A DNA stretch of 59,419 nt from a virus (taxonomy: Duplodnaviria; Caudoviricetes), in the IMG/VR virus record IMGVR_UViG_3300048578_000449, positions 1-59,419 of that record; one strand, 5' to 3'. The position numbers and the translations under genes were made by a program. Below, one piece after another: positions 1-9,619 of the stretch. Under the pieces are notes generated by a model that had not been told where the DNA came from, ran no database searches, and saw nothing but the letters and a program-made list of their open reading frames with translations. The first letter of the stretch is position 1. The number at the start of each line of letters is the position of its first letter.

Positions 1-62
1 CCGCAGGCCGCGTCACTCCACCTGGGGTCGGTCCGAACCCAACATTCACGGGGGCGCCCGCC

Positions 63-479
63 TCAGAGTCGGCCCCCGCCCCACCTCTTAACCTGCCCCC
101 TCCACCCCACCGCCCTCAGCACCTTCCGCAGCGGCCGCTCGCTCATCGGCTCGACCCCGTCGACGGCCTCCAGCGCGGCAATCTCCGCCTGAATGCGCGG
201 GGCGAGGTAGGTCAGCGCCAGGACCTGGCTCACCCTCGGCTGGCTCACTCCAAGCCGGCGGGCGAGCTCGCCCACGCCCTCGACCTCCCCCCGGTCGAGG
301 AGCCCACGGAGCTGGTGCCCCAGGGCCAAGAGGCGCGCCACATAGGCGGGGCGACGCGTGGATTTCACGCATCCCATCCCTTCACGCAGCGATTCGCGCA
401 TGGGCTTTCTTCGACTGTTCGGCGGCGGACGAAGCTGCGCGCGAAGAACGACGGGCTCGGCTTCAGGCGGCATGGTCAT
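63..479 (-). CDS. HTH-like accessory protein downstream of the serine recombinase (DUF2924/recombinase module)
   Basis: LALGHQL..LLDRGEV....ELARRLGVSQPRVSQVLALTYLAPRIQ resembles the small HTH proteins that follow such recombinases; overlaps the recombinase stop. Confidence 0.7.
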   Translation of the reverse strand: MTMPPEAEPVVLRAQLRPPPNSRRKPMRESLREGMGCVKSTRRPAYVARLLALGHQLRGLLDRGEVEGVGELARRLGVSQPRVSQVLALTYLAPRIQAEIAALEAVDGVEPMSERPLRKVLRAVGWRGQVKRWGGGRL

Positions 480-1824
480 GATCCCTACCGGCCAGAGCGT
501 CGCTCACCCAATCCTTCAAAGTGATCCGAACGTCACCGGTGGTCGAATCGACGTCGACGCGTTCGACAAGACAATGGACGACGCGGAGCCGGTTCACAGG
601 GAGCAGTCGGTCCCACGCCTGGTCAAGGCCACGCAACTGCTCGGCAATCCAAAGCGAACGGTGAACGACGGCCGCGTCCAGCCTGACGACTCCCCCGCGC
701 CCGGGCTCCTTCATTCTGCGCGCAACCGCAAACACTTGCTCGCGCACCAATCCTTCGATGTCCTTCGCCACCAGCGGACGTGAGGGACAGCTTCCGACCG
801 CTACCTTGTCGCGAGCGATGCACCGGTAATATCGATGTACGACAGAGCCCTTCCTCGTCGAAGATGGCGTCATCGAATAGCCACACGCCGCCCCGTCGTG
901 GCGGACGCAAGCGCAGTACAGCAGGCCCCGTAGAAGGTACGCGGGGTTGCGCTGCATTTGCGCATGTTCCCGACGACAACCGGGGCCCTCCTTCGTCGCG
1001 CGTTGCGCTTGCAATCGTTCGAAACGCTCACGCTCGATGAGGGGTTCGTGCTCGCCTTCGTGCAGTTCATCGCCCATGGTGACGTAGCCCGCATACACAG
1101 GATTGGTCAGCACGCGCGCCACCGCTTGCGGAGTCCAGGGTTGCCCCTTTCGCGTCGTGATCTTGCGAGCGGCAAGCTCGCGCGCAAGTGCGCAGTCGGA
1201 GCCGTCGCGCTCGTAAGCTTCCAGCAGCTGCTGCACCACTTGCGCCTCGGTCGGCTCGGGGAGAAGCTTGCGGCCTTCGACGCGATAGCCAAAGGGCACA
1301 TTCCCGCCGGTCCAGAGCCCCTTGCGACGCGAAGCGACCACCTTGTCGCGAATGCGTTCAGCGATCATTTGGCGTTCGAACTGAGCGAACGCCATCAGCA
1401 CATTGAGCAGCAGCTGTGCCATCGCATCGGAATCCGCTGAGAGGAAGGGCTGGGTGACCGACACGAAGTACGCACCCGCCTTGCGGAAACGCTCCATCAG
1501 ACTCGCAAAGTCGAGCAGAGAGCGACTCAGACGGTCAATCTTGTAGACCACCACGACGTCAACCTTGCCCGCTTCGACGTCCGCCATGAGTCGCTGAAAC
1601 GCCGGACGCTCCAGGCTCGCACCCGAAAACCCGCCGTCGTCGTAGCGCTGCGCAACCAACTCACACCCCGGCTGACCGCGGACGTAGCCCGCGCAGGCTT
1701 CCCACTGGGCGTCGAGCGACGAGAACTCCTGATCGAGCCCGTGGGTGGTCGACTTGCGGGTATAGATGGCGCAGCGCCGTTTCGGCGTCGGCCCCGCATC
1801 CGCGACTGGCGAGCGCCGTCTCAT
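463..1824 (-). CDS. Large serine recombinase (integrase): resolvase catalytic domain, recombinase domain and Zn ribbon
   Basis: AIYTRKST catalytic Ser motif, DDGGFSG, VVYKIDRLSRS, FAQFERQMIAER, GG.VPFGY, LTNPVYAG, Cys cluster LLYC..CG..M/YYRC. Confidence 0.95.
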   Translation of the reverse strand: MRRRSPVADAGPTPKRRCAIYTRKSTTHGLDQEFSSLDAQWEACAGYVRGQPGCELVAQRYDDGGFSGASLERPAFQRLMADVEAGKVDVVVVYKIDRLSRSLLDFASLMERFRKAGAYFVSVTQPFLSADSDAMAQLLLNVLMAFAQFERQMIAERIRDKVVASRRKGLWTGGNVPFGYRVEGRKLLPEPTEAQVVQQLLEAYERDGSDCALARELAARKITTRKGQPWTPQAVARVLTNPVYAGYVTMGDELHEGEHEPLIERERFERLQAQRATKEGPGCRREHAQMQRNPAYLLRGLLYCACVRHDGAACGYSMTPSSTRKGSVVHRYYRCIARDKVAVGSCPSRPLVAKDIEGLVREQVFAVARRMKEPGRGGVVRLDAAVVHRSLWIAEQLRGLDQAWDRLLPVNRLRVVHCLVERVDVDSTTGDVRITLKDWVSDALAGRDHDHAA

Positions 1825-2372
1825 GGTTGCGCCTCACTGTTGGTCGCTACACGAAAGAAAGCGAACCCGTTCCAACTCGTCCCGGTGATCTCGCGCGCGA
1901 GCGCCGAGAGCGAACCGTACACCTTTCCGCGGTACAGGAAGTCGTCCTCGCGAACCAGCACCTCGTGAGTCTCCCGTCGATACACCCTTCGGAGCACGGT
2001 GCCCTCAGGCGGAAGCCTCGGATCGCGAGGCTTTGGCGGTGGCGGTGGCGGTGCAGGCTTCAGTGGTCGAGGACGAAGCTGTCGAGGTCCCGCATCGAGC
2101 AACCGACGTCGCCACGGACGAGGCGCTTCTGCGGAGAGCGCCGCGAGCTTAGCAAGCGTCTCACTCGAAAGCCCACCGAAGGCTAGTTCCTGAATTCGCC
2201 AGGCAATGCTGCGAACCAGGTGCTGACGGTTCCGCGAACGCGTCGGTTCGTTGAAGACCTCGCAGTAGCGAGTGACGAGCTGGTTCACAGTCATGTTCTC
2301 AAGCTCAACGATCTCGGGGAGATCATCTGTAACTTGAGCGAGGTCTCGCTTGAGCGATGATTGCGAATTCAT
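1821..2372 (-). CDS. DUF2924 domain protein
   Basis: LVRSIAWRIQELAFGGLS; PEGTVLRRVY; FLYRGKVYGSLSALAREITGTSWNGFAFF; ATGA-type overlap with the recombinase. Confidence 0.88.
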   Translation of the reverse strand: MNSQSSLKRDLAQVTDDLPEIVELENMTVNQLVTRYCEVFNEPTRSRNRQHLVRSIAWRIQELAFGGLSSETLAKLAALSAEAPRPWRRRLLDAGPRQLRPRPLKPAPPPPPPKPRDPRLPPEGTVLRRVYRRETHEVLVREDDFLYRGKVYGSLSALAREITGTSWNGFAFFRVATNSEAQP

Positions 2373-2411
2373 GGTTCATACTGCCTTATCGAAGAGTCTT
2401 GCTCTTCGTCG

Positions 2412-2444
2412 CACAGCACGACTCGGTTCGAGACGATAAGCAAG
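2412..2444 (-). promoter_or_regulatory. Class-2 promoter-like motif CTTGC-N15-GAGTCGTG upstream of the DUF2924 gene
   Basis: Same 15-nt spacing as the copies at 21227, 23292, 57986 and 58463; most divergent copy. Confidence 0.4.
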
Positions 2445-2535
2445 CAAAGAGCGCCAAGCTGCCGACGTTCCGAAGGGCCAGTGTCGACATATGTCACCCG
2501 GGACCTCTCGGGCCTCGGTGAGCGACGGCTAAACA

Positions 2536-3228
2536 TCACGCAAAGGGATCTACTTCGGCGCTCGTTCCGCGCTCGTAACGGGCGAGCGTCGCTTCGAGTC
2601 GCTGCAAATCCGAGGCACGCAACTCACGCACACGCTGAACTCCAAGTTCGCCGAGCAGCGCGTCCACATCGGCGCGCGGCAGCGCCTTCATGCGTGTGAT
2701 GTATTCCCCTACGAGTGTGGGGTTCAACGGCGCGTCCTCGCTCATCTCTGATTCGGCAGACGTTTCGCCGTTAACGACGGCTTCAAGGTTGAACAACTCA
2801 GCGCGCGCGATTCGCGTCCGCAACTGCTCATCGATCTGCTGCTCAGGCAAAATTGAGTATCGGGTGCGCGAGTCGCCAGCGTCCCCATGACGTTCGATTT
2901 CGAAACTCCACCTGTCCAGGCCGTACTTCGAACGAACGACCAAAACATCCTTGAACCATTGCGTGCCGCCCTCGATCACCTTCATTGTGCCTTCGGGGAG
3001 CACGAAGAAGTTGATCGCCACCCGCAGACTCGGACGCTTCGCGTCAGCTGCATTCTTGGAATCGACGTTCTCGTATCGTTCACCATTCCAGATGACTTCG
3101 CGCGCGTACGGTTCGCCGCAGAAGACCCCTGTTACCTTGTCACCGTTGTTCGCCAGCCGGACGAAGATGCCGCCAGAGTTGGCGTGCTTCTCCGCGAGGC
3201 CTTTCGCTGCATCCCATGCATTTGTCAT
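2536..3228 (-). CDS. Putative single-stranded DNA-binding protein (gp32-like OB fold)
   Basis: FVRLANNGDKV..F.GEP; FEIERHG.AGDSRTRYSILP; acidic/aromatic C-terminal tail EVDPFA. Confidence 0.6.
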   Translation of the reverse strand: MTNAWDAAKGLAEKHANSGGIFVRLANNGDKVTGVFCGEPYAREVIWNGERYENVDSKNAADAKRPSLRVAINFFVLPEGTMKVIEGGTQWFKDVLVVRSKYGLDRWSFEIERHGDAGDSRTRYSILPEQQIDEQLRTRIARAELFNLEAVVNGETSAESEMSEDAPLNPTLVGEYITRMKALPRADVDALLGELGVQRVRELRASDLQRLEATLARYERGTSAEVDPFA

Positions 3229-3282
3229 TTATCGTCTCCTTGTCTTTCGCATCGCCCGCGGTCCTGTGCCCGCGAGTCCCAA

Positions 3283-4107
3283 TCAGGCGTGCCGTCCGAA
3301 AAACGAGCGCGTCCGTTCGACATCCGATGCGAGTGCGAGCAATCTCGACTCAACCATCGGGCGAAGCTGGCGGAGCGTCCGGCTGCGTTCGCGCTTGGCG
3401 CGAGCTAACACCATGGCAAAGGGCTCCGACGCTGCGTCCCAGGGGACATGCCCGTCACGAATGTACGTCTTGAGTGAGATTTCCTGCAGCCGTGTCGCCA
3501 CGACCAGCTCCAGCTTCCGGCGCGGCAACGACTGTCCGACGATTCGGAAGAGCAACTCGGCAGCATCGCACCGGTCCGCTGCGTTGAGCTTTTTCGGAAT
3601 ACGGTCCAAGAACAGCTCCTCGGCGCGCACCGTGCGCTCAAGTGTGCACTGCCACGCCTTGAGCGAGCGTTCCGCATTCAATCGACTGAACACGAATGCC
3701 CGCACACCTTGTCGAAGTCGCGTAGGCAGGTGACTCACGGCCGTCGGCTGAGTGGAGATGGCGACGAGAAAGCCGTCGAGGATCACCTGGTCGAGCTCGC
3801 CCGGGTCGTTCAGCTGTCCGCGGACGTGGCTTCGCAGCATCCGCAGCATCGGCGCGAAAGTGACCAACAGCATGGCGGCCCAAAAGCTCGTCCGCTTACG
3901 TTGGTGCATGCGCACGAGCACTGCGACCAGGTGGTTGCGCTGTGCGTATTCGCCGCAACCACGGCTCCGCAAGGTCGCGAGGATGCTGCTGCTATCCAAA
4001 TACCCGGCAAGTGCAGGTTCGAGTTTCGCTCCGAGTTCGAGATGCGCCCGCGCTCGTGCAGTACTAAGCTCCGCGCGCAGCCGCGCGAATAGTTCATCTA
4101 GTCCCAT
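3283..4107 (-). CDS. Sigma-70/ECF-like phage transcription factor (paralog 1)
   Basis: Region-2-like ELDQVILDGFL; region-4-like LARAKRERSRTLRQLR; GGAGG RBS; clear paralog of 17865..18653. Confidence 0.6.
   Translation of the reverse strand: MGLDELFARLRAELSTARARAHLELGAKLEPALAGYLDSSSILATLRSRGCGEYAQRNHLVAVLVRMHQRKRTSFWAAMLLVTFAPMLRMLRSHVRGQLNDPGELDQVILDGFLVAISTQPTAVSHLPTRLRQGVRAFVFSRLNAERSLKAWQCTLERTVRAEELFLDRIPKKLNAADRCDAAELLFRIVGQSLPRRKLELVVATRLQEISLKTYIRDGHVPWDAASEPFAMVLARAKRERSRTLRQLRPMVESRLLALASDVERTRSFFGRHA
3416..3447 (-). promoter_or_regulatory. Class-1 phage promoter GTCCCC-N21-TTTGC inside the sigma-like gene, facing ssb/DUF2924/integrase
   Basis: Minus strand GTCCCCTGGGACGCAGCGTCGGAGCCCTTTGC with exact 21-nt spacer. 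Confidence 0.6.
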
Positions 4108-4219
4108 GAGTGCCTCCGTTTCCGGCGGGAACGCGGCGCCATCGTGACCTTCAGATCACGTGCGCATGCGTGGGCCTCTGGGACCTCAAGCCGCTCGTGT
4201 TAGCTTTTGGAGCGGAGCG

Positions 4220-4429
4220 TCACGCTCCGACGGCATTCCCGGTCGGAGATGCTTCCGCTCCGACGACCACTTCGTTGATTTCTGAGCAACGTCGGCAGAC
4301 GGCCGTGACCGCTCCCGTCACGATGAACTGGGCCGACCTGTACTTAAGGTGCATACGACCGTATCGCTCAACCCCGATGAGCGTGCCGCATTGGCGGCAT
4401 CGCCACTCCCTTTCGGTTGACTGGTCCAT
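4220..4429 (-). CDS. Small Zn-finger protein, Mu Com-like regulator
   Basis: EWRCRQCGTLIG...AVCRRCSEIN (two CxxC); AGGAG RBS before ATG 4429. Confidence 0.65.
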   Translation of the reverse strand: MDQSTEREWRCRQCGTLIGVERYGRMHLKYRSAQFIVTGAVTAVCRRCSEINEVVVGAEASPTGNAVGA

Positions 4430-4699
4430 CCTAAAAACTCCTCGCCAGCGGCCGCTAACCACTGGACGAGACTGAGTTTCCTCACGGCGAGGAAGGATGG
4501 AGGGCGAAGGGAGGGAGGATCGAGGGAGGCGGCACCGAATCAGCTATGGCAGTAGCGCGTCGACGAACTGAGCCTTTCGAGTCGCTCTGTCTCCGGCTCG
4601 CCCAACTCCGACCCGCCCTGTAGCTCTGCTTTACCATCTGCCCATTGTTCTCGTCGCCCGTTGCAGAATCGCAGGCTTCTATCCTAACCTCCCAGGATT

Positions 4700-5483
4700 A
4701 TGGGCTTCCACTTTGGGCGCAACGTCGAACTCGGCAAACAAGCATCTATCGAGCTTAGCCAGAAGGGAACGAGCCCTTTTGGTGGAAGTGACCTCAACTC
4801 CGAGCCCGAGGGAACCCGGGCGAACATTGGACTTCCTGCAGGAGGCTTTTTCCACAGCTCGCGTCTGGAAGGTGCCTCCAAGCGACGCACGACGACCAAA
4901 GCGTCGACAATCAGCTGCCCCCCCCGTCGCCGCCCTTTTTCTAGTTATCTGGACGGGAGCCGCTCTAGTCGGATGTCAGGTTGCGGACGTGGACGGGCGC
5001 CAGCTCGTAGCTGCCGCGCTCCCGCTACTGACGATAGCGGTCCTATTCGTGATCGCGCGTTGGCTCGATAGCCGGAAGAGGAACAGCGCCCGTGCAGCTG
5101 CCGAAGCGGCAGCCGAGGAGCAGCAGCGCCAACAGGCAGTCCACCGTGCGGAGCAGCAGCGTCAACAAGCAATCCAGTATGCCGAACGGCAGCGTCTACG
5201 CGCTGAACAGGAACGAGAGATGAAGGAGCGCTGGACCTACCTCTGCAGTCGCTACGGTGAGGACGACGCAAGAAAGATTTGGGACAGGCGGCTATGGGTT
5301 GGCTGCACAACGGAAATGTTGTTCGAGATGTTGGGCGTACCGCCGGCGATGGACGAGCGAGTGCTGAAGACTAAGACAAAGCGCACCTATAAGTATCGCC
5401 CCGCAGGCATCAATCGATACGCTCTGCGCGTCTTCGTTGAGGACGACGTTGTAACCGGCTGGGCAGACAAGTCCGGCGACTGA
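4700..5483 (+). pseudogene. DUF4236-like N-terminus, two TM helices and a C-terminal globular domain; frameshifted at a C8 tract (4918-4925)
   Basis: ORF 4700 begins MGFHFGRNVELG...GTRANIGLPAGG (DUF4236-like); removing one C joins it to the 4713..5483 frame, giving 260 aa. Confidence 0.6.
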
Positions 5484-5551
5484 GCGTCGCCATACGAAGA
5501 ACGTACTGCGGAAGCGATCCCGTAGTCCGGACGTGCGAGGTTTCGGGTCGA

Positions 5552-6712
5552 CTACTGCTGCGAAGGTCCTATCGACGGGGAGTGCGGCGCTACAATCACC
5601 GCCCACCTCAATCCCTCCGGCGGCCGAAACACGAACCCCTTCGCCGCCGGCACGCTCCCCTTGATCGTGTGGATGGTCCGCCACTCGTAGCGCCCAAGCG
5701 CCACGTCAAGCTTCCTTCGGGCATGCTCCACGATCTTGTTCACGTGGCTTGCGGCGATCTGACGGAAATCCCCACGCCGTAGCGCTCGCCCTGCCGTGAC
5801 GAGCTCGACGATGGCCGCTGCCTCGTTGCGAGTGAGGACGACCTCCTCGTGACGCCCGTCGGGCGTTCGCTTCCCCGCGCGGACGCCTCCGCGCTTCACG
5901 ACAGCGGTCGTGTCGACGAACAGGTCGCACTGAGCCGCTTGATCCACGATCTGCCGGTATTGGGTCGCCGTCAGCTCTCGTCTCCCGCCGTTCTCGTGGA
6001 GGACGCAAACCGTCGGCTGACGGAAGACCCCGCTCAAGGCTTCCATTCCGGCCTGACGTCCCTCGGACGCAATGGGTCGCTTGAGGACGAAGCGGCCATC
6101 GACCAGCTCGAGAACCTCTTCGAGGATCACCAGTTCGGTGCACTGCCCCGGACGGAAGCGATCTTTGGTCGCGGTCGATAGCCATCGCCCAATGGGCACC
6201 ATAACGAAGGCGTCCCGTCGCATCGCAAGCCACGCTTCGAAGCCGGGAATTCCCGGCAGCAAGGCGAGAAACACGTCCCGCCGCCCGAGCTGCCCAATCA
6301 GGCTCGTTTCAGGGAAGCCTGCGTCACCCGTTTCGACCGGGCCCGAGATCCCGAAAGCCTGTCGAAGACGGTGGACGAGCGTCCCACGGGAGAGACCCAA
6401 GAGACGCACGTCACGTTCCGCCAGCCGAACCGACGGACAAAGTGATCCTCGACGACTGCACACGGCTCGGAGCGGATGCGCCGAACTGTCCGGTTGGCGT
6501 TCGACGAAGCGAGCGCAATCGGCCTCGACGGCATCATCGCACGGGTACCAGTCAGCGTCGCTCCGCACCTCGAGGACTCCCATCCGAACCAGCGACGCGA
6601 CGTTCGCCACCCCCAGCTCGGCTTCCCAGGAGACTGCGTGCAGGGTGGTTTCGGGAGATTGCTCGATGATGTTAAGCAGGGCAGCAACGGACGCGGCAGA
6701 CCCGGCGGTCAT
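5552..6712 (-). CDS. Hypothetical protein, possible C-terminal winged-helix DNA-binding region
   Basis: 386-aa ORF coupled (ATGA overlap) to the upstream ORF; LTRNEAAAIVELV...VNKIVEHARRKL. Confidence 0.6.
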   Translation of the reverse strand: MTAGSAASVAALLNIIEQSPETTLHAVSWEAELGVANVASLVRMGVLEVRSDADWYPCDDAVEADCARFVERQPDSSAHPLRAVCSRRGSLCPSVRLAERDVRLLGLSRGTLVHRLRQAFGISGPVETGDAGFPETSLIGQLGRRDVFLALLPGIPGFEAWLAMRRDAFVMVPIGRWLSTATKDRFRPGQCTELVILEEVLELVDGRFVLKRPIASEGRQAGMEALSGVFRQPTVCVLHENGGRRELTATQYRQIVDQAAQCDLFVDTTAVVKRGGVRAGKRTPDGRHEEVVLTRNEAAAIVELVTAGRALRRGDFRQIAASHVNKIVEHARRKLDVALGRYEWRTIHTIKGSVPAAKGFVFRPPEGLRWAVIVAPHSPSIGPSQQ

Positions 6713-7545
6713 GGCGCAGCCTCGCCCGAGGGCTCACGAATCAAAAATCCCGAGGACTCGAGGAATTCAGCGACCCGGCAACGCGCAGCCAAGTGACTAT
6801 ATCGGATCAAGTACGGGACACGCACGTCGACTGTGACCAGCTGCTGGGCCTCCCCAAGAGAGAGTTCCAAGCGAAACTCGCGTAGCTCGCGATGCCGGCA
6901 CAAGAGCTGCCCTAAGGGCGAATTCAGCTGCGAACCTAAATTGTTAGCTTTCCAGACGATTGTTTCCATGGTGCCTACCGCCTCGAATCGGAGCTGCCGC
7001 AAAACGGCAGACTTCACGGCTCCGAATTCGTTGGCGGTCAGGGCATCGGCACCACGTTCAACCAGCGGCCTACTCACGTATCGGCACGAGCGTCGAAAGA
7101 GTTGCTTACTATCTCCAAAAAATTCTCCGAGCCGCTGGCGGTAGCGTTCGCGCTCACGGTTGCAGTCGGTCGAGACCAACAAGTGCCCATCGGCTTTCAT
7201 TAGAACCAGAACGTCACAGCGTCCTGGACCTGGAATTCCGGTCGGCAACAAGCCGGGTTTGTGCTCCACGACCAGCTGGACAAGAGGGCCTGACTCCTCG
7301 ATAGACACGCGTGCCGAAACCATGGCGCCTTGCTGATGCATGGCCGTGATCGCCGCGGATAATCCATCAATGTCGAGTCGAGCCTGAACCAGACTCGGCC
7401 TCGCCGATTCGACAGCGGTGTACTCCACGAAAAAGACCGACGCGCTACATGCGCCCGGTCCACCGCCAGAAGCGGTCTGCGAGAGGTGGCTCTCGTCGGA
7501 AGAATGCGGTTCGGGAAAGACGTACGGCTTCACGTGGCCGCCCAA
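6709..7545 (-). CDS. Hypothetical protein (start uncertain, possibly N-terminally eroded)
   Basis: 278-aa ORF overlapping the next gene by 4 nt; weak TTG start. Confidence 0.45.
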   Translation of the reverse strand: MGGHVKPYVFPEPHSSDESHLSQTASGGGPGACSASVFFVEYTAVESARPSLVQARLDIDGLSAAITAMHQQGAMVSARVSIEESGPLVQLVVEHKPGLLPTGIPGPGRCDVLVLMKADGHLLVSTDCNRERERYRQRLGEFFGDSKQLFRRSCRYVSRPLVERGADALTANEFGAVKSAVLRQLRFEAVGTMETIVWKANNLGSQLNSPLGQLLCRHRELREFRLELSLGEAQQLVTVDVRVPYLIRYSHLAARCRVAEFLESSGFLIREPSGEAAP

Positions 7546-8077
7546 AGCTCACTAAGCGGAGCACCAACGCCCGCGGCATAGATAGCGTTAATCGACACTA
7601 CTGAAAAGGAAATGAGTTCCCCCACTCGCAATACCGGATTGAGTCTTCGAAGCCGAACGCGATCGTTGCACGCACTATTCCGCCGCACGACTACGCTACT
7701 AGTCAGTTGTCGAGCGTTACTTTCCTCAGCACCACTTCTCGCTCGGCATACGAGTGCTGACGCGCATAGTCACCCGCTTCTTTGGGGATCCGAAATGACT
7801 TACAGAAATTGGCGACTCAAGTCCCCAGTCGTGCGGGGCTACAGTGGAGACACTCGCAGCAAGGCTCCGCCCCTTGGAAGGGGCGCCCTCGACCGCGCGA
7901 GTGAACAGATTCGTTGATGCTAACGAATCGACGTCACTCTCAGCCACGCCTGTAGCGGCGCGTTCACGTGCCTACAGCGCACTCGGTGGCCCCCCGCCGA
8001 TTCGAGCACGGCCGCCCCTCATTCATCGCCCGCACTCGAGTTCGGAAAAGTTGGCCCGAAGATTTGTTGGCGAGCGC

Positions 8078-8111
8078 GTCCCCGGAGAAGCGCGGTTCCC
8101 CCCCCCTTTGC
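8078..8111 (+). promoter_or_regulatory. Class-1 promoter copy (23-nt spacer including a C9 tract) before the helicase remnant
   Basis: GTCCCC at 8078, TTTGC at 8107, GTG 11 nt after the first T. Confidence 0.55.
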
Positions 8112-8117
8112 CCGATC

Positions 8118-8225
8118 GTGAAGCCTCCATCCCAATTGGTTTCCGTCCACCTCCGCCCCTACCAACTTGATGCGATCGACCGGCTCAAGGGACGCGTCAC
8201 TCATCGGGCTGCGCGAACCTGGACA
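8118..8225 (+). pseudogene. Truncated duplicate of the helicase 5' end
   Basis: VKPPSQLVSVHLRPYQLDAIDRLKGRVTHRAART aligns with VSPKIEKAAVRLRPYQLDAITRLDTRVAHGARRV (9620); upstream DNA is also similar. Confidence 0.8.
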
Positions 8226-9254
8226 CTACTTGTGCGTGCTGCTTTCGAACTGCCAGGCAAATGACATGGGCGTAAGCGCACCGTCGCTTATCCGCCAAGG
8301 ATTAATCTCTCTCAACCGGCCACCTCGGGCCACGGGACCATCTCCATCGTCGGATACTGCGATTTCCGACACCACGATCAGCGCCGTGTTCTTGTGCGTC
8401 ATCGCATGCTCGACTTCGTTGCGGGTCAGAAGAACGGCTGAGCCGTCCTGCGTCGTTCCCTTGACCTCGACGTGCAAGGTCTCCCGGTCCATTCTGCACA
8501 ACAAGTCGAACGAGTGCGTTGCCGAGACGTCTTCAACTTGGAGCCATGTCTTCGACAAATGCCGACGAGCCACTTCCATCGCCCGGAGCTCGACGCAACG
8601 TCGAACGGCTGCTGTTGCGACAAAGCCCTGACTTCTTGGTCTTCTCTCGGGGACGACGACAGCACGCGTCTCAAGAGGTGCGCGACCATATAGCGACGGG
8701 AGAGGTGATTCTTCTCTCAGCGCTCGTTTTGCCTGCTCGATCGCGTAGGCATAGAGGAAGAGTCGATCCAGCATCGATCCGATGTCACCAGTGGAACCGC
8801 AATAGAACGGGAACTCAATTCCACCCAACGCGCTAGAAGCTTCACTCGCTTCTTGTTCAATTCGCTCACTTAGCTCAGCTCGCGATATCCGAGAACCTAT
8901 AGTCACGTCTCCTCGGTGATATAGGGCCGGGCAATCGTCGTCCTCAAAGCGAATACCGTCACCATTGAGCTGAAGGGATGCACCATCTCCGTCTGCGATT
9001 TCGGTTCCGCGAGGAATCACTTTGCAGATCAGGCTTCCGGGTGAGATGTATCTAAAGAACGCAAAAACGAACTCGAACTCGCTCTCATTTGGAGAGTAAA
9101 CCCAGCAGTTCACTGGATCATGGTTTCCGCTCGGCGCTCCGAAATGAACCCGACGCCGACGTTGCTGAACCACGCCTCGCGACGTTCGATATGGAAGTTG
9201 GGCGAGCGCCAACTTGACGCTCTTGACAAACTGCGCGGCGGCGGATCTTGCCAT
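8226..9254 (-). CDS. DUF3883 (NO VEIN C-terminal-like) PD-(D/E)XK nuclease domain protein; candidate defence moron
   Basis: C-terminal VELRAMEVA...VEDVSATHSFDLLC...HVEVKGTT...LLTRNEV; antisense to flanking genes; visibly lower GC. Confidence 0.78.
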   Translation of the reverse strand: MARSAAAQFVKSVKLALAQLPYRTSRGVVQQRRRRVHFGAPSGNHDPVNCWVYSPNESEFEFVFAFFRYISPGSLICKVIPRGTEIADGDGASLQLNGDGIRFEDDDCPALYHRGDVTIGSRISRAELSERIEQEASEASSALGGIEFPFYCGSTGDIGSMLDRLFLYAYAIEQAKRALREESPLPSLYGRAPLETRAVVVPERRPRSQGFVATAAVRRCVELRAMEVARRHLSKTWLQVEDVSATHSFDLLCRMDRETLHVEVKGTTQDGSAVLLTRNEVEHAMTHKNTALIVVSEIAVSDDGDGPVARGGRLREINPWRISDGALTPMSFAWQFESSTHK

Positions 9255-9581
9255 CGTTAGTGCAGACTATCATGAGTACTTCCTAACGTGTGCTCGAGTT
9301 GAACGCAGCACGAACGGGCGAGACGCATTCTGCGCGTCCGCCGCTCATGCCTGTTCCCTCAACCTGAAGCTCTCTCGGCTCACGGTAGAAAGTCAGAACG
9401 CAATCGGCGAGCGCCAGCACGAACCGGACGTCGGCGGTCGTTCCGTTCGCGCGGCCAACCATGCATGTCTTGGCCGCAGCTCTCCAGTCGAAGGCGCCTG
9501 GACCCCTCGCCATTCTCGTCTCAATGGATTCTCGACCCAGTTAACAGAGGCAAATTGGCCATGCGGTTTGTTGGCGAACGC

Positions 9582-9613
9582 GTCCCCGTCGGAGCTCGGT
9601 CCCCCTCCTTTGC
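9582..9613 (+). promoter_or_regulatory. Class-1 promoter, leaderless start of the helicase
   Basis: GTCCCC-N21-TTTGC; GTG at 9620, 11 nt after the first T. Confidence 0.7.
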
Positions 9614-9619
9614 TTCCTC

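Noticed and set aside
1-62. attL site
   Set aside because: Position is plausible, but no matching repeat was found at the other end of the window, and serine-integrase cores are too short to call by eye
9582-9613. Sigma-54 promoter reading of the TTTGC motif
   Set aside because: No conserved GG 10 nt upstream of the GC in the copies checked; the conserved upstream element is GTCCCC
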